Below, one piece after another: positions 1-10,216 of a DNA stretch of 64,000 bases. Made by a program: the position numbers and the translations under genes. The number at the start of each line of letters is the position of its first letter. Positions within the stretch are counted from its first letter, which is position 1. Below the pieces are notes generated by a model. That model saw only the letters and a program-made list of their open reading frames with translations. It was not told where the DNA came from and made no database searches. The DNA comes from Tetramitus jugosus (taxonomy: Eukaryota > Protista > Heterolobosea): contig OW569375.1 of assembly GCA_937625935.1 (NCBI GenBank), forward strand, positions 248,001-312,000, read 5' to 3'.

Positions 1-169
1 CACCAAACAGATTATTTCCTTCACCGGTTAAACTCTTGTACATACCTCCAAAGTTTCCACTCTTTTTGACCTCGCTCAGCCGTGACTCTTTTCATCTCAA
101 CAACCAGACAAATTCTTCTTGTCCAGTCTTTTCATCAGTCACACTACCACAAGGGATATCTCTATCCAC

Positions 170-1744
170 ATGTCAATAACAACCACAACCAATAGTATAT
201 CGAATCACACGAACAAGAACAACAATACAATGAGCAATCATAGCAAAACTGTACTGCCAGCCATTTCTCAACAGTTTCACATTGGATATCCAATGTCGTC
301 TGAACCGCAATTCACTGTTGATCAACCGCAATTCAAATTCTGTAAAAAGCGCAAGGAATTCTTCTCCAACGAATATGACCCCATCTGGTATAAATCTCCA
401 TACAAGTACAATATGAGAATGAAGATTACGTCTTCTAAAAATTGTCTCACTGATGATTTGTTTACTCGGTTAGTGGTGACTCACGATGATGGAACTCCAG
501 TCAAATTCAAGGGAGAAACCATTACATTTAGTCATTCAACAACAGCAACAACAGCAGCAACAGCAACTGCTACAACGATAGCAACTGCAGCTGCTGTCAA
601 TACACAACAAACTGACTCTGAATCAGAGGAAGAAAAGCTAGTGACCGTGGCTTCACCTGTCGTCAGGAAGAGAGCTAGACAAAGTACACCAACATGCCAT
701 CATGAGCTCAAAGTAGGACCATTCCAATTCAATGTCTGCTCCTACAAGTTTGATGGCAAGAAATTTAGGTTGTCGATTCACGTTTTCCAAAAATTGACAA
801 GTGCTTCCTCGACGACAGAAAGAGAAGTTTGTGTTCTGACGTCTCCAGCCTTCTTGATCAAGGCGAAAAAACCAATTGCCAAACCAGGAATCAAGTCGAA
901 CAAGAGGAATTTTGATGAGATGAACAACGGCGCACATTCAGGAGAATTTACGCCTAGTTCACCAACGTCTCCCTCGGCGGCTGCTGCTTCGACGATTGCA
1001 GCTCCTGCGAACTCCATGCCAACTTCTCCATCCGCTAGTATGGCTGCCACCTCTGGTAACTCCTCTCCTTCGTTGATGCTCCCAAATTCATCATTCTATC
1101 CAAATCATCCATACTTCTTCAACAGCCTCGAGAGCTACGAAATGCAAAAGCAACTGCTCGAGAGTCAATTGTATCAATTTGGATATGTGCTCAATAATTT
1201 AATGAGTCAACAACAGACAATTGTTCCACCCTCGACAGGTGCCTTCTCGATGGGTCCCTCAGCTGAAATGTATGCTGCTACTCCTTCTCCATACAGCACC
1301 ATAACGACAACTGAGGCAAACAAGAGACAAAAGCTGTCATCTCCATCCGAATACAGCACTGAAGTGATCATGAATCCTTCGATGGTGCCACAAATGTTTA
1401 ACCAGTACTTGTCACCCAGCCCACAACCAATGTACTACTCCATTGTGCCTCCATCCATGTTTGACATGTGTGCTGCTGTCCAAGCTCCCCTTTCTGCCTC
1501 GAATCCCTCTGCCCTTCCTCCAGCTATAGCCCCTCAAACCACAACTCCACCAACTGTTGCTCCACCAGTTATGGACGAGATTGGTGCCTATTTGGTAATG
1601 GACAATACATTTGACCAACCAAATAATCTTTGTGCGATGGATGTCAAGTTGTTTGACTCCATTGACACTGGATACCCAGTTAAGTCTGAGCTGATCGATT
1701 TTGATTTTGACCTACCCTCCCAAGGCCAACTATTCTTGCTCTAG
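170..1744 (+). CDS. Putative Ig-fold DNA-binding transcription factor (CudA/Velvet/CBP60-like) with S/P/Q-rich C-terminal region
   Basis: First ATG in the ORF is at 170 (alternative 230). Motif FQFNVCSYKFDGKKFRLSIHVF...VLTSPAFLIKAKKP resembles the C-terminal strands of CudA/Velvet-type domains. It is followed by a basic NLS-like stretch, then a low-complexity region with an acidic-hydrophobic tail. Confidence 0.5.
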   Translation: MSITTTTNSISNHTNKNNNTMSNHSKTVLPAISQQFHIGYPMSSEPQFTVDQPQFKFCKKRKEFFSNEYDPIWYKSPYKYNMRMKITSSKNCLTDDLFTRLVVTHDDGTPVKFKGETITFSHSTTATTAATATATTIATAAAVNTQQTDSESEEEKLVTVASPVVRKRARQSTPTCHHELKVGPFQFNVCSYKFDGKKFRLSIHVFQKLTSASSTTEREVCVLTSPAFLIKAKKPIAKPGIKSNKRNFDEMNNGAHSGEFTPSSPTSPSAAAASTIAAPANSMPTSPSASMAATSGNSSPSLMLPNSSFYPNHPYFFNSLESYEMQKQLLESQLYQFGYVLNNLMSQQQTIVPPSTGAFSMGPSAEMYAATPSPYSTITTTEANKRQKLSSPSEYSTEVIMNPSMVPQMFNQYLSPSPQPMYYSIVPPSMFDMCAAVQAPLSASNPSALPPAIAPQTTTPPTVAPPVMDEIGAYLVMDNTFDQPNNLCAMDVKLFDSIDTGYPVKSELIDFDFDLPSQGQLFLL

Positions 1745-2118
1745 AGAATACCTGAAGTTGGCCTTGATTGTACATACGAACTTCAAACAATTTTGCAAGC
1801 GGTACTCAAGTAATTTTGTGTAAATATCCTTCATCAAAATATTGTTTTTCTTCAAGTCTTGTTGTATACACTCATAGTTTGTGATATGTTGTTGTAATTG
1901 TTTTGTAAAGTAACTCCTCTTTGCCGGAAGCGGATGGAAGTCTGCCTCTAAAAATAGTGAATACGCATCAGCAAAAAAAATTCATTCCTGCTTGGAACCG
2001 AACAAACTGGATTCAAGCTTGATAGAACCACAAAGCAACGTTGCTGCGAAGATTTGATCAAAAACACTTACACAAACACACAACATCATCAAGCTCATAC
2101 AAAAGTATACATATAACA

Positions 2119-3863
2119 ATGCAAGTTACTTTCAGATTATCACATGGCGGCAATTTTGACCTCACAATCGACGACACATCCATCACTGTTCTAGAACTGA
2201 AGGAATTGATCGAGAAGAGTCAAAATATTCCAGCCAACGTACAGCGCTTGATTTACAAGGGTAGAATTTTGAAGGATCCCCAGACTGTCGCAAGCTATGG
2301 TATGTTCTCACTATTATGAGTGTTTTTTCGCATCAAAGCTTTTATCCTAACACCACCATGATATCATTAGGCGTCGAAAGTGGTCATACAATCCATCTTG
2401 TAAGAAGCACTCCAGCAGCTGCCTCTTCAGCTACTGCTACTTCCACTACTACATCGACACCATCAACAACACAGACACCTAGTGCTTTCACCACTCCTTC
2501 CGCATTCACTACTCCATCACCTTCCGCCACTACTGCCCCTAATACTACCAATAATACTGGTGGTGCTGGCAATCCATTTGCTGGACTGTTTGGTGCTGGT
2601 GGTCTAGGTGCCAACAATAATAATAACGCATTTGGAGCTTTCGGTGGCGGTGGCGGTGGTGCTGGAGGTCTAGGTGCCATGGGAATGGATCCAGAAATGA
2701 TGAGACAAGCAATGAACAATCCAATGGTTCAATCTTTGATGGGCAATCCAGACTTTATGCGTGAAATGATGATGTCCAATCCTCAAATGAGACAAATTAT
2801 TGAGAACAATCCTGAAGTGGGCAGCATTTTGTCCGATCCTGAAATGATGCGACGATCCATGGAAATTGCACAGAATCCAGAATTGATGAGAGAAATGATG
2901 AGAAATTCGGATCGTGCCATGAGCAACATTTCTTCCATGCCAGGTGGATTCGATGCTCTGAGAAGATTGTACACTGATGTTCAAGAGCCATTGCACGAGG
3001 CAACTGCTGATATGACACGTCAAAGAACCACTCCTCCACCAAGCACAAACACGAACACTGCGCCTATCGATCCAAATAATCCACTACCAAATCCATGGGG
3101 TGCCAGCACAGCCCCCACTCAAGGCACCAATGCCAATGCTCCACAAAATAACATGTTTGGAGGAGACATGTTTGGTGGATTGGGAGGTATGGGTGCATTC
3201 GGTGGAATGGGAGACATGGGCGGTATGGGTGGAATGGGTGGCATGGGTGGAGCAAACATGGGTCAAATGAACCAAATGTTGCAAAATCCAATGATGCGTC
3301 AAATGATGATTCAAATGATGTCCGATCCACAAGTTATGGACCAATTGATCACCTCAAACCCAATGCTACAACAAATGACCCAACAGAACCCAGTTCTGAG
3401 ATCAATGATGTCAAATCCTCAATTCATGAACAGTGTCTTGCAAATGCAAGGAGCATTGATGACTCAACAACAACCACAGACACAAGCACCAACAAGCACT
3501 ACGACAACTACTGGTGATCAACAGCCACAAACCCAACAACCACAACAACAGAATCCATTTGGAATGAATCCACAGATGATGCAACAAATGATGCAATCCA
3601 TGATGGGTGGTGGAAGTGGTGGTTCATTTGGTGCACAGGATCCTTTTGCTATGTTTGGTGGCTTTGGTGGAGCAAACAACTTTGGCACTGCACAACCTAC
3701 TCCAACCAACACAAACCAAGATTGGGCCCAAGTGTACGCCAATCAAAATCAACAACTGAGGGATATGGGCTTTTTTGACGATGCTCAAAACATACAAGCT
3801 TTGAGAAGAGCGAACGGAAATGTGAATATGGCTGTCGAGTATCTGCTGTCGAACCCTAACTAA
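2119..3863 (+). CDS. UBQLN: Ubiquilin / Dsk2 (UBL-STI1-UBA); 2 exons 2119-2299, 2371-3863
   Basis: UBL domain ([12 protein letters not shown]...GHTIHLV) is rejoined across a GTATGT..TAG intron at 2300-2370 with a CCTAAC branch site. Met-rich STI1 repeats ([19 protein letters not shown]) and a C-terminal UBA (QLRDMGF...[10 protein letters not shown]) follow. Confidence 0.95.
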
Positions 3864-4223
3864 GCGATATCGTTCCTTGTTTTATCAGGATCACTAGCTC
3901 TCTTCCTTTTTGGAAGACCAATTTGTCCCTCTCATTCCATTCAATCTGCTCTCACCATTGTATAAACCAAACTTTTTCAAATATCGCGCTTTATTTTCCC
4001 TCGCAGATTTTTCTGAGACGTCGGCCTAATGCAGATAATTCTGATGTTTCTCCTGCTTGTTCGCTGATTCATTTTTTCAGTCGTTTTGTTTTTGTCGGCA
4101 GGAAAAAAAGCATCCAAACCAAAAGAAGTTTTTTTTCGTGTTTCGAGTGTTGTTGTTGCTGTCATTGTTCAAGTGTAATCATAAATATAAATAATAAGAA
4201 CCAATCATCATATCGTCAAGATC

Positions 4224-6851
4224 ATGGACAATCAACAACAATCGTCATCGACATCATCCACTCATCGTCAACAAGAACTCATCAAAGTTGAACAGCGTTA
4301 CATCAATGGTAAATTTCCAGAGGCCATTCTCAAACGAATTATCCTCTTTCTCAACGCATACGACATTGAACAATCACTCAAAGTTTGTTACTTGTGGTAT
4401 TCGACATGCACCAATGAAACATTTTGGATGAAGCTATTTTTGAAGGAATTTGGTCCACATGGTACCTATTTCAACTCGTTTGTCTCCTCTGCTGACATTA
4501 TCAACAGTAGCAGCAGCAATTTATCTGATGGTGCACAGCAGAACTCAGCATCTAGTCCTTCTCTCTCGGGTTTCAATGAATTGAGTGGTGGTGCTTCTTC
4601 ATCATCATTGGGTGGTGAGAATACTAGTGGTGGTGGTATCAAGAAGAGAAATGCAGAGACACCTGATTTCTACAAGCAACCTCAGTGTAAATGGAGAAAT
4701 GCATATCTGTATCGAATTCATATGCTCAACTTGTTTAAGAATGGTAATTTATCGATTACGAAAATGTATACGCAACCAGATTTGCAAATTTTGCAAATGA
4801 GACCAGCGTATGTCAAGGAAGTGTACGAAAGTGCAACTTATTCTGCTGTCAATGAGGATGCAGAGGAGGAGGAAGGTGTGTTGAAGCTCCAATTGCAACA
4901 AAATGGAGTAGATTCCTCTTCTCCTGCAACTGCTACTTCTTCTTTGTCTCATAGTAGCAGCAGTGGAAATAAAACGAGTCAACAGGAAGAGTTGGGAATG
5001 GTTGATGAACAATCAAAGACCATCTTTGATTTGACGGTGGAGGAGGACAGCAACAAGGAAGTGTGGAAGGATTGTGGCTTCCATTTGTTTGATGTTCGAT
5101 TGATTGATGATTACATGTGTCTCAATTGTAAAAAATATTTTAGACACATGGAGAAGACGGCTGTGAGAAAGAACAGTAGACACATGGTGGCCTACAAGCT
5201 GACAACAGCCAGAGATATTCATGCAGAGCATGATCCATCCAACAATCTCATTAGTCAATGGACATGTGCCATATTGAACAAGAGCTCTGAACATGGTCAA
5301 TCTGTGACTAACAAGTCGGATCGAATTCAAGTATCAAACACAATGTTGATTGAAGCACCAGTGCTCTACAATAGACATCATGCTGGATGGTCTGCTGGTC
5401 AACTAATGAATGATGCAAGACATTATCCAAGTTATGGTTCATTCTATACTGCATGGGCACCTGCTTGCAGAACAGGATCACTCGAATATTTGGAACTCAT
5501 GTTCGAAGAAGAGGTGTTCGTTTGTGGAGTCGACATTTTTGAAACTTACTTGCCAGGTGCTGTTTACAAGGTGTCTATTCTCAAGAAGGATACACAGGAA
5601 TTCCAAACTGTGTGGTTGGGACCAGCATGTCAGACCAAGATGCCCAAGAGAAGCAGAATTTTCTCTCCACCATTGAAGAGAACGACATACAAGACCAATG
5701 TGATCCGTATCGATATCGATACACGTGGATCCAAGCTTTGGACTGAGATTGATTGTGTTCGATTGCACGGATACAGACAGTTGCCACCAAATGAAAGCGT
5801 GAGTGCAGAATTGGAAGAACAAAAGTTGCTCAATCCAATTCCAAGAGCCAAGAGCTTCAAGGGTGATGGAGTAATGAATCAATACGACGATATGGTTCAC
5901 CTCGTTCGTCAGGGACATGTTGAAAAGTTCCCATATGAGCACATTACCTCAACTCCTTTTGATCTCCATCACGGTTTGTTAGCCACAGTTATCACCGAGT
6001 CCATGTACTATCACATTTCATGCTCCCTTGTCGTTACTGGTGCATCATCCTTTTTGAGAAACAAAATTTTCTTGGAGGCCAAGTACATTAGAGACTATGT
6101 AATCGCAGTGAAGATTCTGAATAATTGGACTGTGATGGCTATTGTGAAACAGTTCAAGATGCCATTACAGTATGTGATTCATGTCTGGTGTCTTCGTACC
6201 AAGAAACTTTTAAAGACATTTGAAATGAGAGAATGCACAACAAACTTTAGTGACGAAATCGCAGTGTGGGAGCTCGCTGAAAGTGCAATAGCCTGTATCA
6301 TGGGCAAAACTGTCTGTGTATACGATATTTATCATCCACAAATCACTCGTTGGAGACATTTGGGTAACTTTGATCATCCAAACTTGGTCACCAGCATTTC
6401 AATGAATAGTGAATTGGAGGAGTTGTGCAATGTTGTTGCCACTGGTTGCACGGACGGTAATTGTAGAATCTGGAGTTTGAGAACAAGAAATTGCTTGTTC
6501 ACTCTACCACATCAGAGTCCTGTTTCTGATGTGAAATTGATTGCAGGAGGTTCCATGGTTGCCACTTGCTGTGTCGGTGACAACTGCATTCGATTCTGGA
6601 CTTTGGGAAAAACTACTGCTGAGTGTGTGAAGATTGTCACTGCTCCTGGAAGTATCTACAGTATTTCCAACAAGACTTTGAACTTTGATGGAGCCAATTT
6701 CGCTTTGTTTGCCAAGGGAACCAATGAATTCTCCCTGTGCCGATTTGCTGATCCAGAAACAGGCAAGATTGGCAACAAACAGATTATGTTCAACAAGTAC
6801 TCACTGATGAGCTCTGAACAACAACATACCGAATCATGTACATTGCTATAA
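4224..6851 (+). CDS. F-box protein with FBXL4/pappalysin-like galactose-binding-fold domain, WD40 repeats and C-terminal CaaX (CTLL)
   Basis: F-box FPEAILKRIILFL...VCYLWY; central AWAP...EYLEL...IFETYLPGAV...SRIFSPPL...IDCVRLHG; WD repeats (VATGCTDGNCRIWSL, CIRFWTL); ends CTLL-stop. Confidence 0.8.
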   Translation: MDNQQQSSSTSSTHRQQELIKVEQRYINGKFPEAILKRIILFLNAYDIEQSLKVCYLWYSTCTNETFWMKLFLKEFGPHGTYFNSFVSSADIINSSSSNLSDGAQQNSASSPSLSGFNELSGGASSSSLGGENTSGGGIKKRNAETPDFYKQPQCKWRNAYLYRIHMLNLFKNGNLSITKMYTQPDLQILQMRPAYVKEVYESATYSAVNEDAEEEEGVLKLQLQQNGVDSSSPATATSSLSHSSSSGNKTSQQEELGMVDEQSKTIFDLTVEEDSNKEVWKDCGFHLFDVRLIDDYMCLNCKKYFRHMEKTAVRKNSRHMVAYKLTTARDIHAEHDPSNNLISQWTCAILNKSSEHGQSVTNKSDRIQVSNTMLIEAPVLYNRHHAGWSAGQLMNDARHYPSYGSFYTAWAPACRTGSLEYLELMFEEEVFVCGVDIFETYLPGAVYKVSILKKDTQEFQTVWLGPACQTKMPKRSRIFSPPLKRTTYKTNVIRIDIDTRGSKLWTEIDCVRLHGYRQLPPNESVSAELEEQKLLNPIPRAKSFKGDGVMNQYDDMVHLVRQGHVEKFPYEHITSTPFDLHHGLLATVITESMYYHISCSLVVTGASSFLRNKIFLEAKYIRDYVIAVKILNNWTVMAIVKQFKMPLQYVIHVWCLRTKKLLKTFEMRECTTNFSDEIAVWELAESAIACIMGKTVCVYDIYHPQITRWRHLGNFDHPNLVTSISMNSELEELCNVVATGCTDGNCRIWSLRTRNCLFTLPHQSPVSDVKLIAGGSMVATCCVGDNCIRFWTLGKTTAECVKIVTAPGSIYSISNKTLNFDGANFALFAKGTNEFSLCRFADPETGKIGNKQIMFNKYSLMSSEQQHTESCTLL

Positions 6852-6882
6852 ACAAGAATTATCGATCGTTATCCTTTACCTG

Positions 6883-8727
6883 ATGACTATTCTAAAAATA
6901 ATGGTCGTCCAATCAATATCTATCAGACAAAGATCACAACAGCCTTTTCATTACATGAATCAACGATTATTAGGATCTCAATGGTGGGTGAGGTGTTCCA
7001 CCAACAAAAAGAACTCGATTACTGTCACCACAGGGAAGGGAATCAGATTTCTCTCGTCATACCATCTGACACATATTCCATCTCTCCAATTGTTCGATCG
7101 TGCAGTCAAGTATCAAGATAGTGTAGCTATTGTTATGAATCATGGCCATCAGCAGTTTACATATGGTCAACTGTTGAAGGATTCCGGTCGAGTGGCGGAG
7201 GAGCTGTCAGAAATGTCATCTTCCAATTATCTGAAGGGCAAAAGAGTTTGCTTCTTGTTTGATCCAAGTTACTCCTATGTCGTTTATCAATGGGCTGTGT
7301 GGCGATGTGGTGCCGTAGCTGTTCCATTGTGTAATTCTCATCCCACAGAAGAATTAGAGTACTACATTGATGATTCTGAACCAGATTTTGTGTTTTATGA
7401 TGAGAGGTTTGAGTCAGTGATAGCTCCACTCAATGATAAGGAAAAGGGAGTAGTATTTCGATCAGTTGACACAAGAAAGATGCTTCCGGAGAGAACCAAT
7501 GGTCGCGTACAGTATAGTGTGGTAGATAGCATCGGCACGGAGGATAATGGTATGTTTGTGTACACATCTGGAACAACGGGCAGACCAAAGGGTGTTGTAA
7601 CTACTCATGGTCAAATTTCTAGCCAGATATCATGTCTCATTGATGCTTGGAGATGGACCGGAGACGATAGAATCATTCATGTATTACCTCTTCATCATGT
7701 ACATGGTATTATTAATTGCTTGTGTTGCGGCTTGTGGAGTGGAGCAACAGTTGAGTTTATGAAGTTTGAAGCACATTCAGTATGGGAGAGGTTTTCTCAA
7801 GCACCAAGACCAACTCTATTCATGGCTGTACCAACAATCTATGTGAAGATGATATCTGCATTCCAATCATATTCAGAAGAAGAAAAGAAAAGATATGCTC
7901 AAGCTGCACACTCTCTTCGTTTAATGGTATCTGGATCCGCTGCTCTACCCGATCCTGTTTTCAACAGATGGAAGGATATAACTGGCCACACCTTGTTAGA
8001 AAGATATGGCATGACAGAGATTGGTATGGCCTTATCCAATCCATATGATCATAGAATCGCTGGATATGTAGGAGTTCCATTACCCGGAGTTAAAGCTCGA
8101 ATTGTGGACGAACAGGGGCATGATGTGAGTACTGGCGAGTCAGGAGAGCTTCTGATCAAGGGTCCTTCCGTTTTCAAGAGCTACTGGAATCGAGCCAAAG
8201 CAACAGAGGAAGCATTTACAGATGGATGGTTCAAGACAGGAGATACAGCTGTGGTCGATCCTGAGAGTGGCTACTATAAAATCCTTGGACGAAATAGTGT
8301 GGATATTATCAAGCATGGTGGCTACAAGATATCAGCACTCGACATTGAAAGAGGTATGAATGAGAATCTTTTTTTGTCACAACTACCTTTTTATCCGGGC
8401 ATTGAACATCAGATTAACTAACCACACAACCCTATTTTAGCTATCCTAAGTGAGCCAATTATTGACGAGTGTGCTGTAGTTGGCATACCAGATGAAGTTT
8501 ACGGACAAAAGATTGCTGCAGTTATTGTCTTGAAAAGTACGGAACAACCTCCCGCGGATATTGTTTCTGAAATGAAGCATCGCATGAGAGCTCATCTACC
8601 TCATTATAAAATACCGTATGAGTGGGTAGTGGTGCCTCACATACCAAGAAATGCAATGGGCAAAGTGAACAAGAAGGATCCTTTCTTCACCAAAATTTTC
8701 CTTCATAGAGAAAAGGAAGGAAAGTGA
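6883..8727 (+). CDS. ACSF3: Malonyl-CoA synthetase ACSF3-like AMP-binding enzyme, probably mitochondrial; exons to 8353 and 8441-8727 (start may be 6901 or 6955)
   Basis: Motifs YTSGTTGRPKGV, LPLHHVHG, LLERYGMTEIGMALSNP, GWFKTGD, DIIKHGGYKISALDIE. A GT-AG intron at 8354-8440 restores CAVVGIPDEVYGQ...PRNAMGKVNKK. Confidence 0.9.
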
Positions 8728-9161
8728 AATTAATACAAACACAAGCATGGAAATTCGTAACGTACAAAAGTGAAAAGATTCGTCCTTCATTCTAATTGCT
8801 TTGAGAGTCGCTTTATGGAAAGACATTAGGAGCATTCTTCCGCGATGCTCTGGCGAACAGGCACCTTCAATCTGACGAAATCGAATTTTCGTTTTTGTCG
8901 TTCATACCTATTTTGACATGATGGATTCTCATCTGTCAATGAGTTGCCCTGTGGTAACATTAGAAGTTATGATCGATTGAAGGTATTTTCACGGTACGAT
9001 CATCTCATGATCATATTGGGCCACTCAACACCAGACTTAAATTGGCACCCTGTGTTTGAGCTTTAAAAAAATGTGTCCAACTTGGAAAATGCAAATCTAC
9101 AATACACACAACAAACCAAATTACGTAAGCTAAGCTACCAAACAACCCAATTATTGAAACC

Positions 9162-10055
9162 ATGTCAACTGAAGTTAGAATCATCGACAATCAGATGACT
9201 TCAAAGTTATTCGGTTCTCCGCCACCATACCCAGTAAACGAACCTAGCAGCAGCAATGATAACACCAATCATCATTTGCTATACTATCAACCCATGCAGT
9301 TGCCACAAGCTCAACCACCATCGATTGAGCGCCAAGAAATTTCTCCACATCCAGCTTCGATAATCCCTAGCTCTGTCGCAACAACGACAACAGCAAACAC
9401 CTCTGAGGAGTTACTACTCTCCAACTCTTCCATCCATGCCATGCTCAAGGGATACAAGGAAGAAAAGAAGAAAAAGAAGAGGAAGAATAAGAACAAGAGA
9501 CAAAGATTACACTATTCAGTTCTCTTGTTAATCTATGGTTTGTTAAGTGCTGCAATGTCGTTTTTGGCGTTGTCTCTGTATCCATTGGTTGATTTAGCAA
9601 TGTGCTTTATCGGTTGTAATTGTCTTCAAAAGAAGAAGAAGCAGCCGCAGAATATTGAAGAAGGGAATGGAGAACACATGATTGAGCGAGTTTTGAACAC
9701 TGTAGGTCAGAGAAAGAGAATTAAGTCATTGGAAATGAGAAAGATGTTTGTTACAATGTTTATTGGTTCATTGCTCGTCAAAATTTTCGCCACATTGCTA
9801 TTCATGTTGGACATTGTCATTTTGGAGCGAGTATCGCTCTTTTCATTCCAAACTCAACCTGGAGTTGCGCCAACTCTTGAAAAGAGCAGAGTGATTTCCT
9901 ATTCTATCATTGTGACTTCATCGCTCATTTTTGCAGTTCAACAACTGTTGGTGTTCATGTCCTATAGACTGTTGAAGGACTTGATGAGGAAATGCAAGGT
10001 TTACTATCGTCAAGGAGAGAGTTCCCAAGTTGAGAGCTCGACCAACAGTGCCTAA
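9162..10055 (+). CDS. Hypothetical membrane protein (about 3-4 TM segments, PPPY motif, poly-Lys)
   Basis: 297-aa ORF with an ATG after an A/C-rich leader; hydrophobic segments; no family recognised. Confidence 0.6.
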   Translation: MSTEVRIIDNQMTSKLFGSPPPYPVNEPSSSNDNTNHHLLYYQPMQLPQAQPPSIERQEISPHPASIIPSSVATTTTANTSEELLLSNSSIHAMLKGYKEEKKKKKRKNKNKRQRLHYSVLLLIYGLLSAAMSFLALSLYPLVDLAMCFIGCNCLQKKKKQPQNIEEGNGEHMIERVLNTVGQRKRIKSLEMRKMFVTMFIGSLLVKIFATLLFMLDIVILERVSLFSFQTQPGVAPTLEKSRVISYSIIVTSSLIFAVQQLLVFMSYRLLKDLMRKCKVYYRQGESSQVESSTNSA

Positions 10056-10216
10056 CTAACTTAGTTGTTGTCGAATGTTTCTCCATCAAGTTGTAAATAA
10101 ATGATTTAGTAAGATTTCCTTGACAATTGTTACAAAGACTGAGCACCCATGAAAATAATTAATGTGTGACATTTCGAACCGAAGGTCTTTTATTCTTGGG
10201 AAACTGGTTCCATAAA

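Noticed and set aside
8830-9065. Possible snoRNA or structured RNA (short hairpins, ATGATG)
   Set aside because: No convincing C/D or H/ACA box pair; the hairpins are short enough to be chance.
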